The notes beneath the pieces are model-generated. The model did not search any database and was not told the DNA's origin. It worked only from the letters and a program-made list of their open reading frames with translations. 32,000 bases of DNA from Pontibacter rufus (GTDB taxonomy: Bacteria; Bacteroidota; Bacteroidia; Cytophagales; Hymenobacteraceae), in assembly GCF_015694705.1 (NCBI RefSeq), contig NZ_JADQDR010000005.1, positions 327,447 to 359,446 on the forward strand. Reading direction: 5' to 3'. The translations under genes were made by a program, and so were the position numbers. Below are positions 25,462-32,000 of this stretch, in pieces. Position 1 is the stretch's first letter; each line of letters opens with the position of its first letter.

Positions 25462-25920
25462 TTAATTGCGTTTTGGTATTAGCACCTTGCGTCTGAATCT
25501 TAATACAGGCTTCTTATCCTGGTTGTAGGCGGTTGTTTCTACATAGATAATACCCCTATCAGCTTTGGTCGCTGACGCCCACTTGTCCAGTACTTTGGTT
25601 TCAGCATAAATCGTATCGTTTATAAAAACGGGCAACAGATGCTGCACTTGCTCGTATTCAAGGTTTGCAATAGCCTTGCCGCTGATATCTGGCACGGTCA
25701 TGCCCACCGTTAAGCTAAACACAAGCGTTCCGACAACTAGTATCTTCCCATGTTGCTTATCTGAAGCATAATCCGCATTCGTATGCACCGGATGATGGTT
25801 CATGGTTAACAAGCTGAACAAATTATTGTCGCTCTCAAATATTGTTTTAGAAAGCACGTGCTGAATCAGTTCGCCAACTTTAAAATCCTCATAATAATTT
25901 CCCAGATTACTTACGTGCAT
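25462..25920 (-). CDS. single-domain MaoC-like (hot-dog fold) acyl-CoA hydratase/dehydratase
   Basis: 152 aa. YEDFKVGELIQH...TIFESDNNLFSLLTMNHHPVHTNADYAS...GIIYVETTAYNQDKKPVLRFRRKVLIPK. It keeps the hydratase-2 motif scaffold and overlaps the upstream gene by 14 nt. Confidence 0.85.
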   Translation of the reverse strand: MHVSNLGNYYEDFKVGELIQHVLSKTIFESDNNLFSLLTMNHHPVHTNADYASDKQHGKILVVGTLVFSLTVGMTVPDISGKAIANLEYEQVQHLLPVFINDTIYAETKVLDKWASATKADRGIIYVETTAYNQDKKPVLRFRRKVLIPKRN

Positions 25921-26740
25921 TTCCTTTACCTTTTTCAGTTATAATCTTAGCCCGTTTAATGTGCGGGCGTTCAATCACTTCATTTCCAATCACTATCGGA
26001 GAAAACTCTAGGTTTTCTCCGGCTTTGCTATAAGCATCCATCACAACCGCAGCCCACTGTACTTCTTCCTCGCTGAAATAATCAAAGGTATTAAAAATTT
26101 CTAATTGCCATGGATGAATCAGGAACTTGGCATCATAGCCTTTTTCAAAGCCGTCAGCCAGTTCCTCTTTAAACAACGTTTGATCCTGTAGCTCCATAGA
26201 AGCAATATCGATACAATCTACTTCTGCCGCTTTTGCTGAATACAGGAGCTTCTGCCTGGGGTACTCCAGATTTTTCAAGGTATGCTTTGCTCCAAGTATG
26301 GAGACCAGGTCATGACTGCCTAATCCTACCCCTTTAATTTGTCCGTTCGCATTAAACAACATACTGTCTAAATCAATGAGCATTCTGGGATGCTCCACAA
26401 GCACAATAAACTGATGATTAGAATTTATATCCAGTCCTGTTACCAGCGAATTAAACTCTTCGGCAGAAAGCAGCTTAGGTAAAACAATTTTGCTAAAGCC
26501 TTTTTCTAATAATAATTTTAGAACTCCGCCATCAATCTGCTGTTCAAAGCTTTCTCTCAGGGGCACTCTTAACCAAAATTCATTCACATTGGTAGAACGG
26601 AGAAGCGTGTTTATGATTTCAGCCCTTTCAGAGCCTTTTACTGCATCCTCCAAGTCAATAATAATTTCATCAACCCCTTGATTTCGGATAAATTCAAGGT
26701 TGCTATATCTTGTTCCGGGTATAAAGAAATATGAACGCAT
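25907..26740 (-). CDS. CitE/HpcH-HpaI-family protein, divergent paralogue 1
   Basis: 277 aa. MRSYFFIPGTRYSNLEFIRNQGVDEIIIDLEDAV...FIVLVEHPRML...GLGSHDLVSIL...AKFLIHPWQ has the same fold signature as the other paralogue but is more divergent. Confidence 0.7.
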   Translation of the reverse strand: MRSYFFIPGTRYSNLEFIRNQGVDEIIIDLEDAVKGSERAEIINTLLRSTNVNEFWLRVPLRESFEQQIDGGVLKLLLEKGFSKIVLPKLLSAEEFNSLVTGLDINSNHQFIVLVEHPRMLIDLDSMLFNANGQIKGVGLGSHDLVSILGAKHTLKNLEYPRQKLLYSAKAAEVDCIDIASMELQDQTLFKEELADGFEKGYDAKFLIHPWQLEIFNTFDYFSEEEVQWAAVVMDAYSKAGENLEFSPIVIGNEVIERPHIKRAKIITEKGKGNARK

Positions 26741-26749
26741 AAGTTTCTG

Positions 26750-27832
26750 CTAGTAATTTTGGTAACGTAAAACCAGGCGGGCAATTAAATGCACATCCTC
26801 AGGCTTTAAGGAGTGATAAAGCGGAAAGCAAAGGACGCGCTGCACAATATCCTCGCATACAGGCAAAGGCGACGTTTTAGTAACATAAGGCAGTTCAGCC
26901 AGGGAAGGATAGAAATACCTTCTGCAAAAAATGTTGTTAGCTGCTAGTCTCTTATAGCACTCCTGCATGAGCTCAGCAGATTCGAAGACAAAGGGGTAGT
27001 AAGCAAAATTATACATTGTGCCTTCCTGGATTCTGGGTCTGAAACCATTTACGTGGCGCATGTACTGGTCATAATTTGCGCTCAGCTCTTTACGCCTGTC
27101 CAGAATTGCCGTGATATGGTTTAGGTTTACGAGGCCCATGGCCGCATGGAATTCAGAATTCTTTCCGTTAATCCCTATTTCTGCAAATGCTTCCGGACCA
27201 CTATGCCCGAAGTTGCGCATGTACGCCATCTTCTTGAGCAAATCAGGGTTGTTTGTAAAAACGGCTCCTCCTTCTATGGTATGAAACAGCTTTGTTGCAT
27301 GAAAACTGGTGGTACTGATGTCTCCGTAATCAAATATGGAACGCCCTTTATACTTTGTGCCGAAACAATGTGCTGCATCATAAATAACTTTAAGTCCATA
27401 CTTGTCGGCAATGGCCTGGATGGCATCTATGTCGCAGGGGTTTCCATAAACGTGCGTTGCCAGTATGGCAGATGTGCGCTCCGTAATGGCCGCTTCTATC
27501 TTTGTGGGATCGAGATTTAACGTTTCCGGATCAATATCGACGAAAACCGGCATGCAGCCTTCCCATACTATACTGCTGGTGGTAGCAACATAAGAAAACG
27601 GTGTCGTGATGATTTCCCCTTCCAACCCGAGCGCCTTGATGGCTATTTGCAGGGCTATGGTACCATTAGAAAGGTATAGCAGGTGATTAACCCCCAGGTA
27701 TTGCTTTAGCTTGAGCTCCAGATCATTTACTATCGGTCCATTATTGGTGAGCCACTGGCGCTCCCATATATCCTTTATGTAAGACTGGTATTCTTCAACA
27801 GGTGGCAGAAAAGGCTTGGTGACAGGTATCAT
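26750..27832 (-). CDS. DegT/DnrJ/EryC1/StrS-family PLP-dependent nucleotide-sugar aminotransferase
   Basis: 360 aa. MIPVTKPFLPP...NGTIALQIAIKAL...THVYGNPCDIDAI...DAAHCFG...TSFHATKLFHTIEGGAV (PLP lysine). ATGA overlap with wzx (27829-27832). Confidence 0.9.
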   Translation of the reverse strand: MIPVTKPFLPPVEEYQSYIKDIWERQWLTNNGPIVNDLELKLKQYLGVNHLLYLSNGTIALQIAIKALGLEGEIITTPFSYVATTSSIVWEGCMPVFVDIDPETLNLDPTKIEAAITERTSAILATHVYGNPCDIDAIQAIADKYGLKVIYDAAHCFGTKYKGRSIFDYGDISTTSFHATKLFHTIEGGAVFTNNPDLLKKMAYMRNFGHSGPEAFAEIGINGKNSEFHAAMGLVNLNHITAILDRRKELSANYDQYMRHVNGFRPRIQEGTMYNFAYYPFVFESAELMQECYKRLAANNIFCRRYFYPSLAELPYVTKTSPLPVCEDIVQRVLCFPLYHSLKPEDVHLIARLVLRYQNY

Positions 27833-29274
27833 CTTTTTAGAATTAATCGTCTGAAATCAATAATAGCAGGCATTTTTATCAGCTGGCTTATTCCCAGGTA
27901 TAGTATAAAATACAGGCACCCCGTTATACCCACCCGCATGAAATCGATCATGTGCAGCATCTGCAATAAAACGTATTTGTCTATTAGCCAGGAAAGTACC
28001 CCAACCAATGCAGCTAAAATAATCATTGGCGCAACATTCTTTACCTGCTCTGTCATGGGGTAGCCAATCATTTTACCACTATACCACGAGTTTATAAAAT
28101 AAGCTACAAACGAGATTATCACCTGCAGGTATAACAAGCCGTAAATTCCAAAAGGAATGGCTACAATGATACCGACTGTAATAAAAGCCTTTTTAATGAT
28201 CTCTAATTTGAGAAACAACTCACTTCTGCCTTTTACTTTCAGGATGTTTAAATTATACGAATTTAACGGATATAGTATACCTGCCGCGCATAATGTCTGA
28301 AAATACGGGACAGCAGGCACCCATTTTTCGGTTAAAAGAAAGCGTATCAGAGGCTCGGCAATTACACCAAGCAATATCATGGTAGGGGCAATCCAAAAGA
28401 GCACCTGCTGCATTAATTTCTTATAGGCCATTTTCAGCTTTTCATTTTCATGCTGAATGGACGAAAACATGGGGTATGTTACTTTATTCAGCGCAGTGGA
28501 AATGTTCTGCACGGGTAGCTGCTGCAGGCTCTTCGCTCTTGTATAATAACCCAGATAGGCAACCGGGAAGAACTTGCCGATTATCAGGTTGTATATATTA
28601 TTATAAATTGTATCCAGCAGCCCCGAAAGGGTCAGTTTATATCCAAAGCTAAAGTGGTATTTAAAACGCTCCTTGTCGAACAGGAAGTTCGGGCGCCAGC
28701 CGCTGTAAATCCAGTGCTGCACAGCGGATAAAAAAGATTGAAACAGATTCATCCAGACCAGGCTCCATACACCATAATCCAGGTAAGCCAGTATAACACC
28801 TAGGATTCCTCCCCCGATTACAGAAGGTATCTGTATTTTCATCTGGGTCTTAAAATCCATTTCTTTGGTTAACCGGGTGCTCTGTACCCCTACAAAAGCG
28901 CTGATTATAAAAGATATGGTATATATCCGGATAATAGGTGTTAAGATCTCCTGGTCATAAAATGAAGCGATAAAAGGAGCCGAAAAGAAAAGAATCACAT
29001 AAATGAAGATGCTGCCTATTATATTGATAAAGAAAACGGTAGAATAGTCTTTCTGATCAGCATTGGGCGTTCTAATCAGGGAGGAGGACAAGCCACTATC
29101 CATTAAAGAGCTTCCTATTGCCATAAAGACAGAAAGCATGCCTATTAAACCATAATCTGCCGGAAGCAGAACCCTGGCCATTATAATGGATACACCAAAA
29201 TTAATCAGTTGCACACTAAACCGCTGACTGAAAGTCCAGAACAGACCGGAAATTGTTTGCTTTTGTAGGCTCAC
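27829..29274 (-). CDS. wzx: Wzx-type (MOP/PST superfamily) oligosaccharide flippase
   Basis: 481-aa polytopic membrane protein. LQKQTISGLFWTFSQRFSVQLINFGVSIIMARVLLPADYGLIGM is the typical PST N-terminus. The start codon is GTG (complement of cac at 29272-29274). Confidence 0.85.
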   Translation of the reverse strand: MSLQKQTISGLFWTFSQRFSVQLINFGVSIIMARVLLPADYGLIGMLSVFMAIGSSLMDSGLSSSLIRTPNADQKDYSTVFFINIIGSIFIYVILFFSAPFIASFYDQEILTPIIRIYTISFIISAFVGVQSTRLTKEMDFKTQMKIQIPSVIGGGILGVILAYLDYGVWSLVWMNLFQSFLSAVQHWIYSGWRPNFLFDKERFKYHFSFGYKLTLSGLLDTIYNNIYNLIIGKFFPVAYLGYYTRAKSLQQLPVQNISTALNKVTYPMFSSIQHENEKLKMAYKKLMQQVLFWIAPTMILLGVIAEPLIRFLLTEKWVPAVPYFQTLCAAGILYPLNSYNLNILKVKGRSELFLKLEIIKKAFITVGIIVAIPFGIYGLLYLQVIISFVAYFINSWYSGKMIGYPMTEQVKNVAPMIILAALVGVLSWLIDKYVLLQMLHMIDFMRVGITGCLYFILYLGISQLIKMPAIIDFRRLILKR

Positions 29275-29331
29275 TTATTGTTTATTATGCTGTTTTCAGA
29301 AATTCTGAAGCAGTTTTTGATTGAATGGGGG

Positions 29332-29339
29332 CAAATATA
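29332..29339 (-). promoter_or_regulatory. candidate -7 promoter box (TATATTTG) for the wzx operon
   Basis: The minus strand reads TATATTTG immediately downstream of the gmd terminator hairpin and 58 nt upstream of the wzx GTG. The -33 position falls inside the hairpin and shows no TTTG. Confidence 0.3.
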
Positions 29340-29342
29340 AAT

Positions 29343-29380
29343 AAAAGACCGGGTTATAGCTTTCCATAACCCGGTCTTTT
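29343..29380 (-). terminator. rho-independent terminator after gmd
   Basis: A 15-bp perfect stem, AAAAGACCGGGTTAT (29343-29357) with ATAACCCGGTCTTTT (29366-29380), around an 8-nt loop. It starts 19 nt after the gmd stop and on the minus strand runs into TTTTATTTATATTT. Confidence 0.75.
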
Positions 29381-29398
29381 ATTTATATTTATTTGGAT

Positions 29399-30514
29399 TT
29401 AAGATTCGTGGTAGTTCAGCACTTTGTGTCCGCCTTCTACCAGGTAGGTATCTCTTCGGAATAGTTCTAGGTCAGACTGCATCATATCTTTTACCAGCGC
29501 TGCCAGATCATACTTAGGTTCCCAGCCAAGTTTGGTTTTAGATTTGGTCGCATCGCCAATCAGCAGTTCCACTTCGGTGGGCCTGAAATAACTCGCATCC
29601 ACGCAAACTACTTCTTTGCCGGTTTCCAGTTTATAGGCCGGGTTGGTACAAGCCGCAATATAACCTTTTTCGTCCACACCTTCCCCTTTAAATTCGATTT
29701 GAATGCCTGCTTCGGCAAAAGCCATCTTCACAAAATCGCGCACGGTGGTAGTTACGCCGGTGGCTATCACGAAGTCCTCAGGTGTGTCCTGTTGCAGGAT
29801 GCGCCACATGGCGTCTACATAATCCTTGGCATGCCCCCAGTCGCGGCGCGCCTCCAGGTTACCCAGGTATAGTTTGTCCTGCAGGCCAAAAGCAATGCGC
29901 GCTGCGGCGCGCGTAATTTTACGGGTTACGAAAGTCTCCCCGCGCAGCGGAGATTCGTGGTTGAACAAAATGCCGTTGCAGGCAAACATGTTATAGGCCT
30001 CGCGGTAGTTTACTGTAATCCAGTAAGCGTACAGCTTGGCCACCGCATAAGGCGAACGCGGGTAAAAGGGCGTGGATTCAGATTGCGGTACCGCCTGTAC
30101 CAGACCGTATAGTTCGGAAGTGGAAGCCTGGTAAATCCTTGTCTTTTCGGTCAGCCCCAGTATTCGGACAGCTTCCAGGATGCGCAGGGTGCCCAGCCCG
30201 TCGGCATTGGCGGTATACTCCGGCATATCGAAACTCACCTTTACATGGCTCATAGCAGCCAGGTTATAGATCTCATCCGGCTGGGTTTCCTGTATAATGC
30301 GGATCAGGTTGGTGGAATCTGTCAGATCGCCGTAGTGCAGCTTGAAGTGAATGTGCTTCTCGTGCGGGTCCTGGTACAGGTGGTCGATGCGGTCAGTATT
30401 AAAAAGGGAGCTGCGGCGCTTGAGGCCGTGCACCTTATAGCCTTTTTCTAAAAGCAATTCGGCTAAGTAAGCGCCGTCCTGTCCGGTTATACCTGTGATG
30501 AGGGCTGTTTTCAT
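29399..30514 (-). CDS. gmd: GDP-mannose 4,6-dehydratase
   Basis: 371 aa. [30 protein letters not shown]...STSELYG...[10 protein letters not shown]...[21 protein letters not shown] is the canonical Gmd sequence. Confidence 0.95.
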   Translation of the reverse strand: MKTALITGITGQDGAYLAELLLEKGYKVHGLKRRSSLFNTDRIDHLYQDPHEKHIHFKLHYGDLTDSTNLIRIIQETQPDEIYNLAAMSHVKVSFDMPEYTANADGLGTLRILEAVRILGLTEKTRIYQASTSELYGLVQAVPQSESTPFYPRSPYAVAKLYAYWITVNYREAYNMFACNGILFNHESPLRGETFVTRKITRAAARIAFGLQDKLYLGNLEARRDWGHAKDYVDAMWRILQQDTPEDFVIATGVTTTVRDFVKMAFAEAGIQIEFKGEGVDEKGYIAACTNPAYKLETGKEVVCVDASYFRPTEVELLIGDATKSKTKLGWEPKYDLAALVKDMMQSDLELFRRDTYLVEGGHKVLNYHES

Positions 30515-30669
30515 TTCTATGTCAATTTTAATTTCAGTACTATATGTTGTTCCGGATAATTGCCTGAATCAGGATTCTCAGGAGGAGTAACATCCTGGCG
30601 CTGCGCTCTTCCGAGTCTAACCCCACCATCAAAGTCAGGGAATTTGCCACTAATTAGTGCCCTCTTCTT

Positions 30670-31614
30670 TCAGGAAATTGCCGGAGAGGGATTTTTCGTT
30701 TTAAAGTCCGCATACGCCAGGCCAATACCCTCCTGCAATTCAATCTTATGCTTCCAGCCGAGGCGGTGCAGCTTCGTCACGTCCATCAGCTTGCGGGGTG
30801 TGCCGTCTGGTTTGCTTGTATCAAATACCAGCCGGCCCTCAAAACCTATTGTTTCTTTTATGAGCAGGGCCAGGTCTTTGATGGCGATATCCTCGCCTGT
30901 GCCAATGTTCACCAGCTCACGGCCCGAATAATTTTCCATCAGGTAAATGCAGGCTTCCGCCAGATCGTCAGCAAAAAGGAACTCCCGGCGCGGGCTTCCG
31001 GTGCCCCAGACCACTACTTCAGGAGCGCCATTTTCTTTCGCCTCATGAAATTTCCGGATCAATGCCGGCAGTACATGCGAGTTTTGCAGATCATAGTTAT
31101 CATTGTAGCCATACAGATTTGTCGGCATTACGCTAATGAAATCGCAGCCATACTGGTCGCGGTAGGCTTCGCACAGTTTAATGCCTGCTATTTTGGCGAT
31201 GGCATAGGGCTCGTTGGTTTGTTCCAGCGGCCCGGTCAGCAGGTATTCTTCCTTCAGTGGCTGCGGGGCCATTTTCGGGTAAATGCAGGAAGATCCCAGG
31301 AACTGCAGCTTCGTTACGCCGCTTTGGCAGGCAGCCTGAATGACGTTTGCCTCTATCATCAGGTTTTCGTAGAGGAAGTCGGCCCGGTAGGTGTTGTTGG
31401 CCTGAATGCCTCCTACTTTGGCAGCCGCCAGAAAGACATAATCCGGCTTCTCTTCCGCAAAAAAATCCGAAACAGCCTGCTGGTTGCGCAGGTCCAGCTC
31501 CGCCGACGTGCGGGTAAGGATATTTTCGTAACCGGCGGCTCGCAGCTTGCGGCAAATGGCAGATCCAACCATCCCCCGGTGACCGGCCACATATATGCTA
31601 GAAGATTCTTCCAT
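30670..31614 (-). CDS. fcl: GDP-L-fucose synthase (GDP-4-keto-6-deoxymannose 3,5-epimerase/4-reductase)
   Basis: 314 aa. [14 protein letters not shown]...LGSSCIYPK...[10 protein letters not shown]...[26 protein letters not shown] is the canonical Fcl/WcaG sequence. Confidence 0.95.
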   Translation of the reverse strand: MEESSSIYVAGHRGMVGSAICRKLRAAGYENILTRTSAELDLRNQQAVSDFFAEEKPDYVFLAAAKVGGIQANNTYRADFLYENLMIEANVIQAACQSGVTKLQFLGSSCIYPKMAPQPLKEEYLLTGPLEQTNEPYAIAKIAGIKLCEAYRDQYGCDFISVMPTNLYGYNDNYDLQNSHVLPALIRKFHEAKENGAPEVVVWGTGSPRREFLFADDLAEACIYLMENYSGRELVNIGTGEDIAIKDLALLIKETIGFEGRLVFDTSKPDGTPRKLMDVTKLHRLGWKHKIELQEGIGLAYADFKTKNPSPAIS

Positions 31615-31647
31615 GCTATACTAAAGTCTTTCTATCTCTAAATCTAC

Positions 31648-31655
31648 CAAATTTA
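31648..31655 (-). promoter_or_regulatory. candidate -7 promoter box (TAAATTTG) for fcl-gmd
   Basis: The minus strand reads TAAATTTG 33 nt upstream of the fcl ATG, within the 226-bp gap after the wzc stop. No clear -33 element. Confidence 0.3.
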
Positions 31656-31840
31656 ATCTTTACTGCGCCAATGCTGGCCTGAATTTGCAGCCGGTATGAT
31701 AAATCTGTGCAGATCCAGCATTTTATTACTCCACTGGGAGAGCCTTATTTCCGGAAAGGGAATTCACCTTATTAAAGCTGCCATACTTTCAAACGCCCTG
31801 TACCTGAATAGCAGGAGCTCCTCGATCCAGTTATTCAGAA

Positions 31841-32000
31841 TCAAAAGATCCGCCACCATGGTTTTGCCTGTTCGTCTTCGGCATAATAGCCGTAGCCATA
31901 ACCGTAGCCATAGCCGTAGCCATAGTTAAGCTTCTTGAAATCCACATCATTAAACAGGATGGCCGTATTCCGGATTTTGCCAGCTTCATACTGCTGTTGT
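31841..32000 (-). CDS. wzc: polysaccharide co-polymerase/tyrosine autokinase (Wzc/BY-kinase), C-terminal 52 codons only
   Basis: Not in the ORF track because it is open at the window edge. My reverse translation reads QQQYEAGKIRNTAILFNDVDFKKLNYGYGYGYGYGYGYYAEDEQAKPWWRIF*, with a TGA stop (complement of 31841-31843). The C-terminal tyrosine cluster is the hallmark of BY-kinases. Confidence 0.75.
   Translation of the reverse strand, partial: QQQYEAGKIRNTAILFNDVDFKKLNYGYGYGYGYGYGYYAEDEQAKPWWRIF
31884..31925. repeat. tandem hexanucleotide repeat (ATAGCC/GTAGCC)n encoding the (YG)n tail of Wzc
   Basis: The plus strand reads ATAGCCGTAGCCATAACCGTAGCCATAGCCGTAGCCATAG, about 7 units of a 6-nt period. 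Confidence 0.8.

Noticed and set aside
30748-31641. 297-aa plus-strand ORF
   Set aside because: It is a shadow ORF fully antisense to the unambiguous fcl gene. Long antisense ORFs are expected in GC-rich coding DNA.
31696-31929. 77-aa plus-strand ORF ending in HSRSHNRSHSRSHS
   Set aside because: The repeat peptide is simply the antisense reading of the (YG)n tyrosine-cluster repeat at the Wzc C-terminus. The minus-strand frame is the real one.
1-32000. CRISPR arrays, rRNA genes, transposases, toxin-antitoxin or phage-defence modules
   Set aside because: I scanned both strands by eye and saw no regularly spaced direct repeats with spacers. I also saw no rRNA-like sequence and no ORF with nuclease, transposase, integrase or defence-type motifs. 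Every substantial ORF is explained by housekeeping or polysaccharide-biosynthesis functions.

Overview
Almost the whole window is one large cell-surface polysaccharide (O-antigen/EPS-type, Wzx/Wzy/Wzc-dependent) biosynthesis locus, probably from a Bacteroidota-like genome. That lineage call is an inference from TAnnTTTG-type -7 boxes, the absence of Shine-Dalgarno sequences before start codons, and a Wzc tail rich in YG repeats. All locus genes are on the minus strand. In transcription order (right to left) they are: the 3' end of a Wzc tyrosine autokinase (cut by the window edge), fcl, gmd and a strong terminator; then wzx, a DegT-type aminotransferase, CitE/HpcH-like, MaoC-like, CitE/HpcH-like, WbqC-like, a PglD/NeuD-type N-acyltransferase and a WecF-like GT56. 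A 503-bp non-coding gap follows. After it come an MsbA/PglK-like ABC exporter, seven glycosyltransferase/acetyltransferase genes, wzy, GT4, an AsnB-family amidotransferase, GT4, a WcaF-like acetyltransferase, GT2, a TviB/WbpO-class UDP-N-acetylhexosamine dehydrogenase and a terminator (~3541-3570). Left of the locus are a convergent secreted NIPSNAP protein, two tandem tRNA-Asp(GUC) genes, accA and a partial MBL-fold hydrolase. I found no transposase, integrase, CRISPR array, rRNA, initiating phosphoglycosyltransferase, Wza or RmlA/B in the window. The most unusual content is the tightly coupled aminotransferase / CitE-like / MaoC-like / CitE-like / WbqC-like / N-acyltransferase cassette (23.2-27.8 kb). 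I interpret it as a dedicated factory for a non-acetyl acyl-CoA donor that decorates a 4-amino-6-deoxy sugar. The locus is also a clear GC-composition mosaic in hand-counted 60-nt lines: about 55-62% GC in the flanks, about 30-37% at 11.5-19.5 kb, and about 40% at 21.8-29.3 kb. An ABC gene with flank-like GC sits between the two low-GC blocks. All function calls come from my reading of the translated ORFs and motif recall; no database search was possible.
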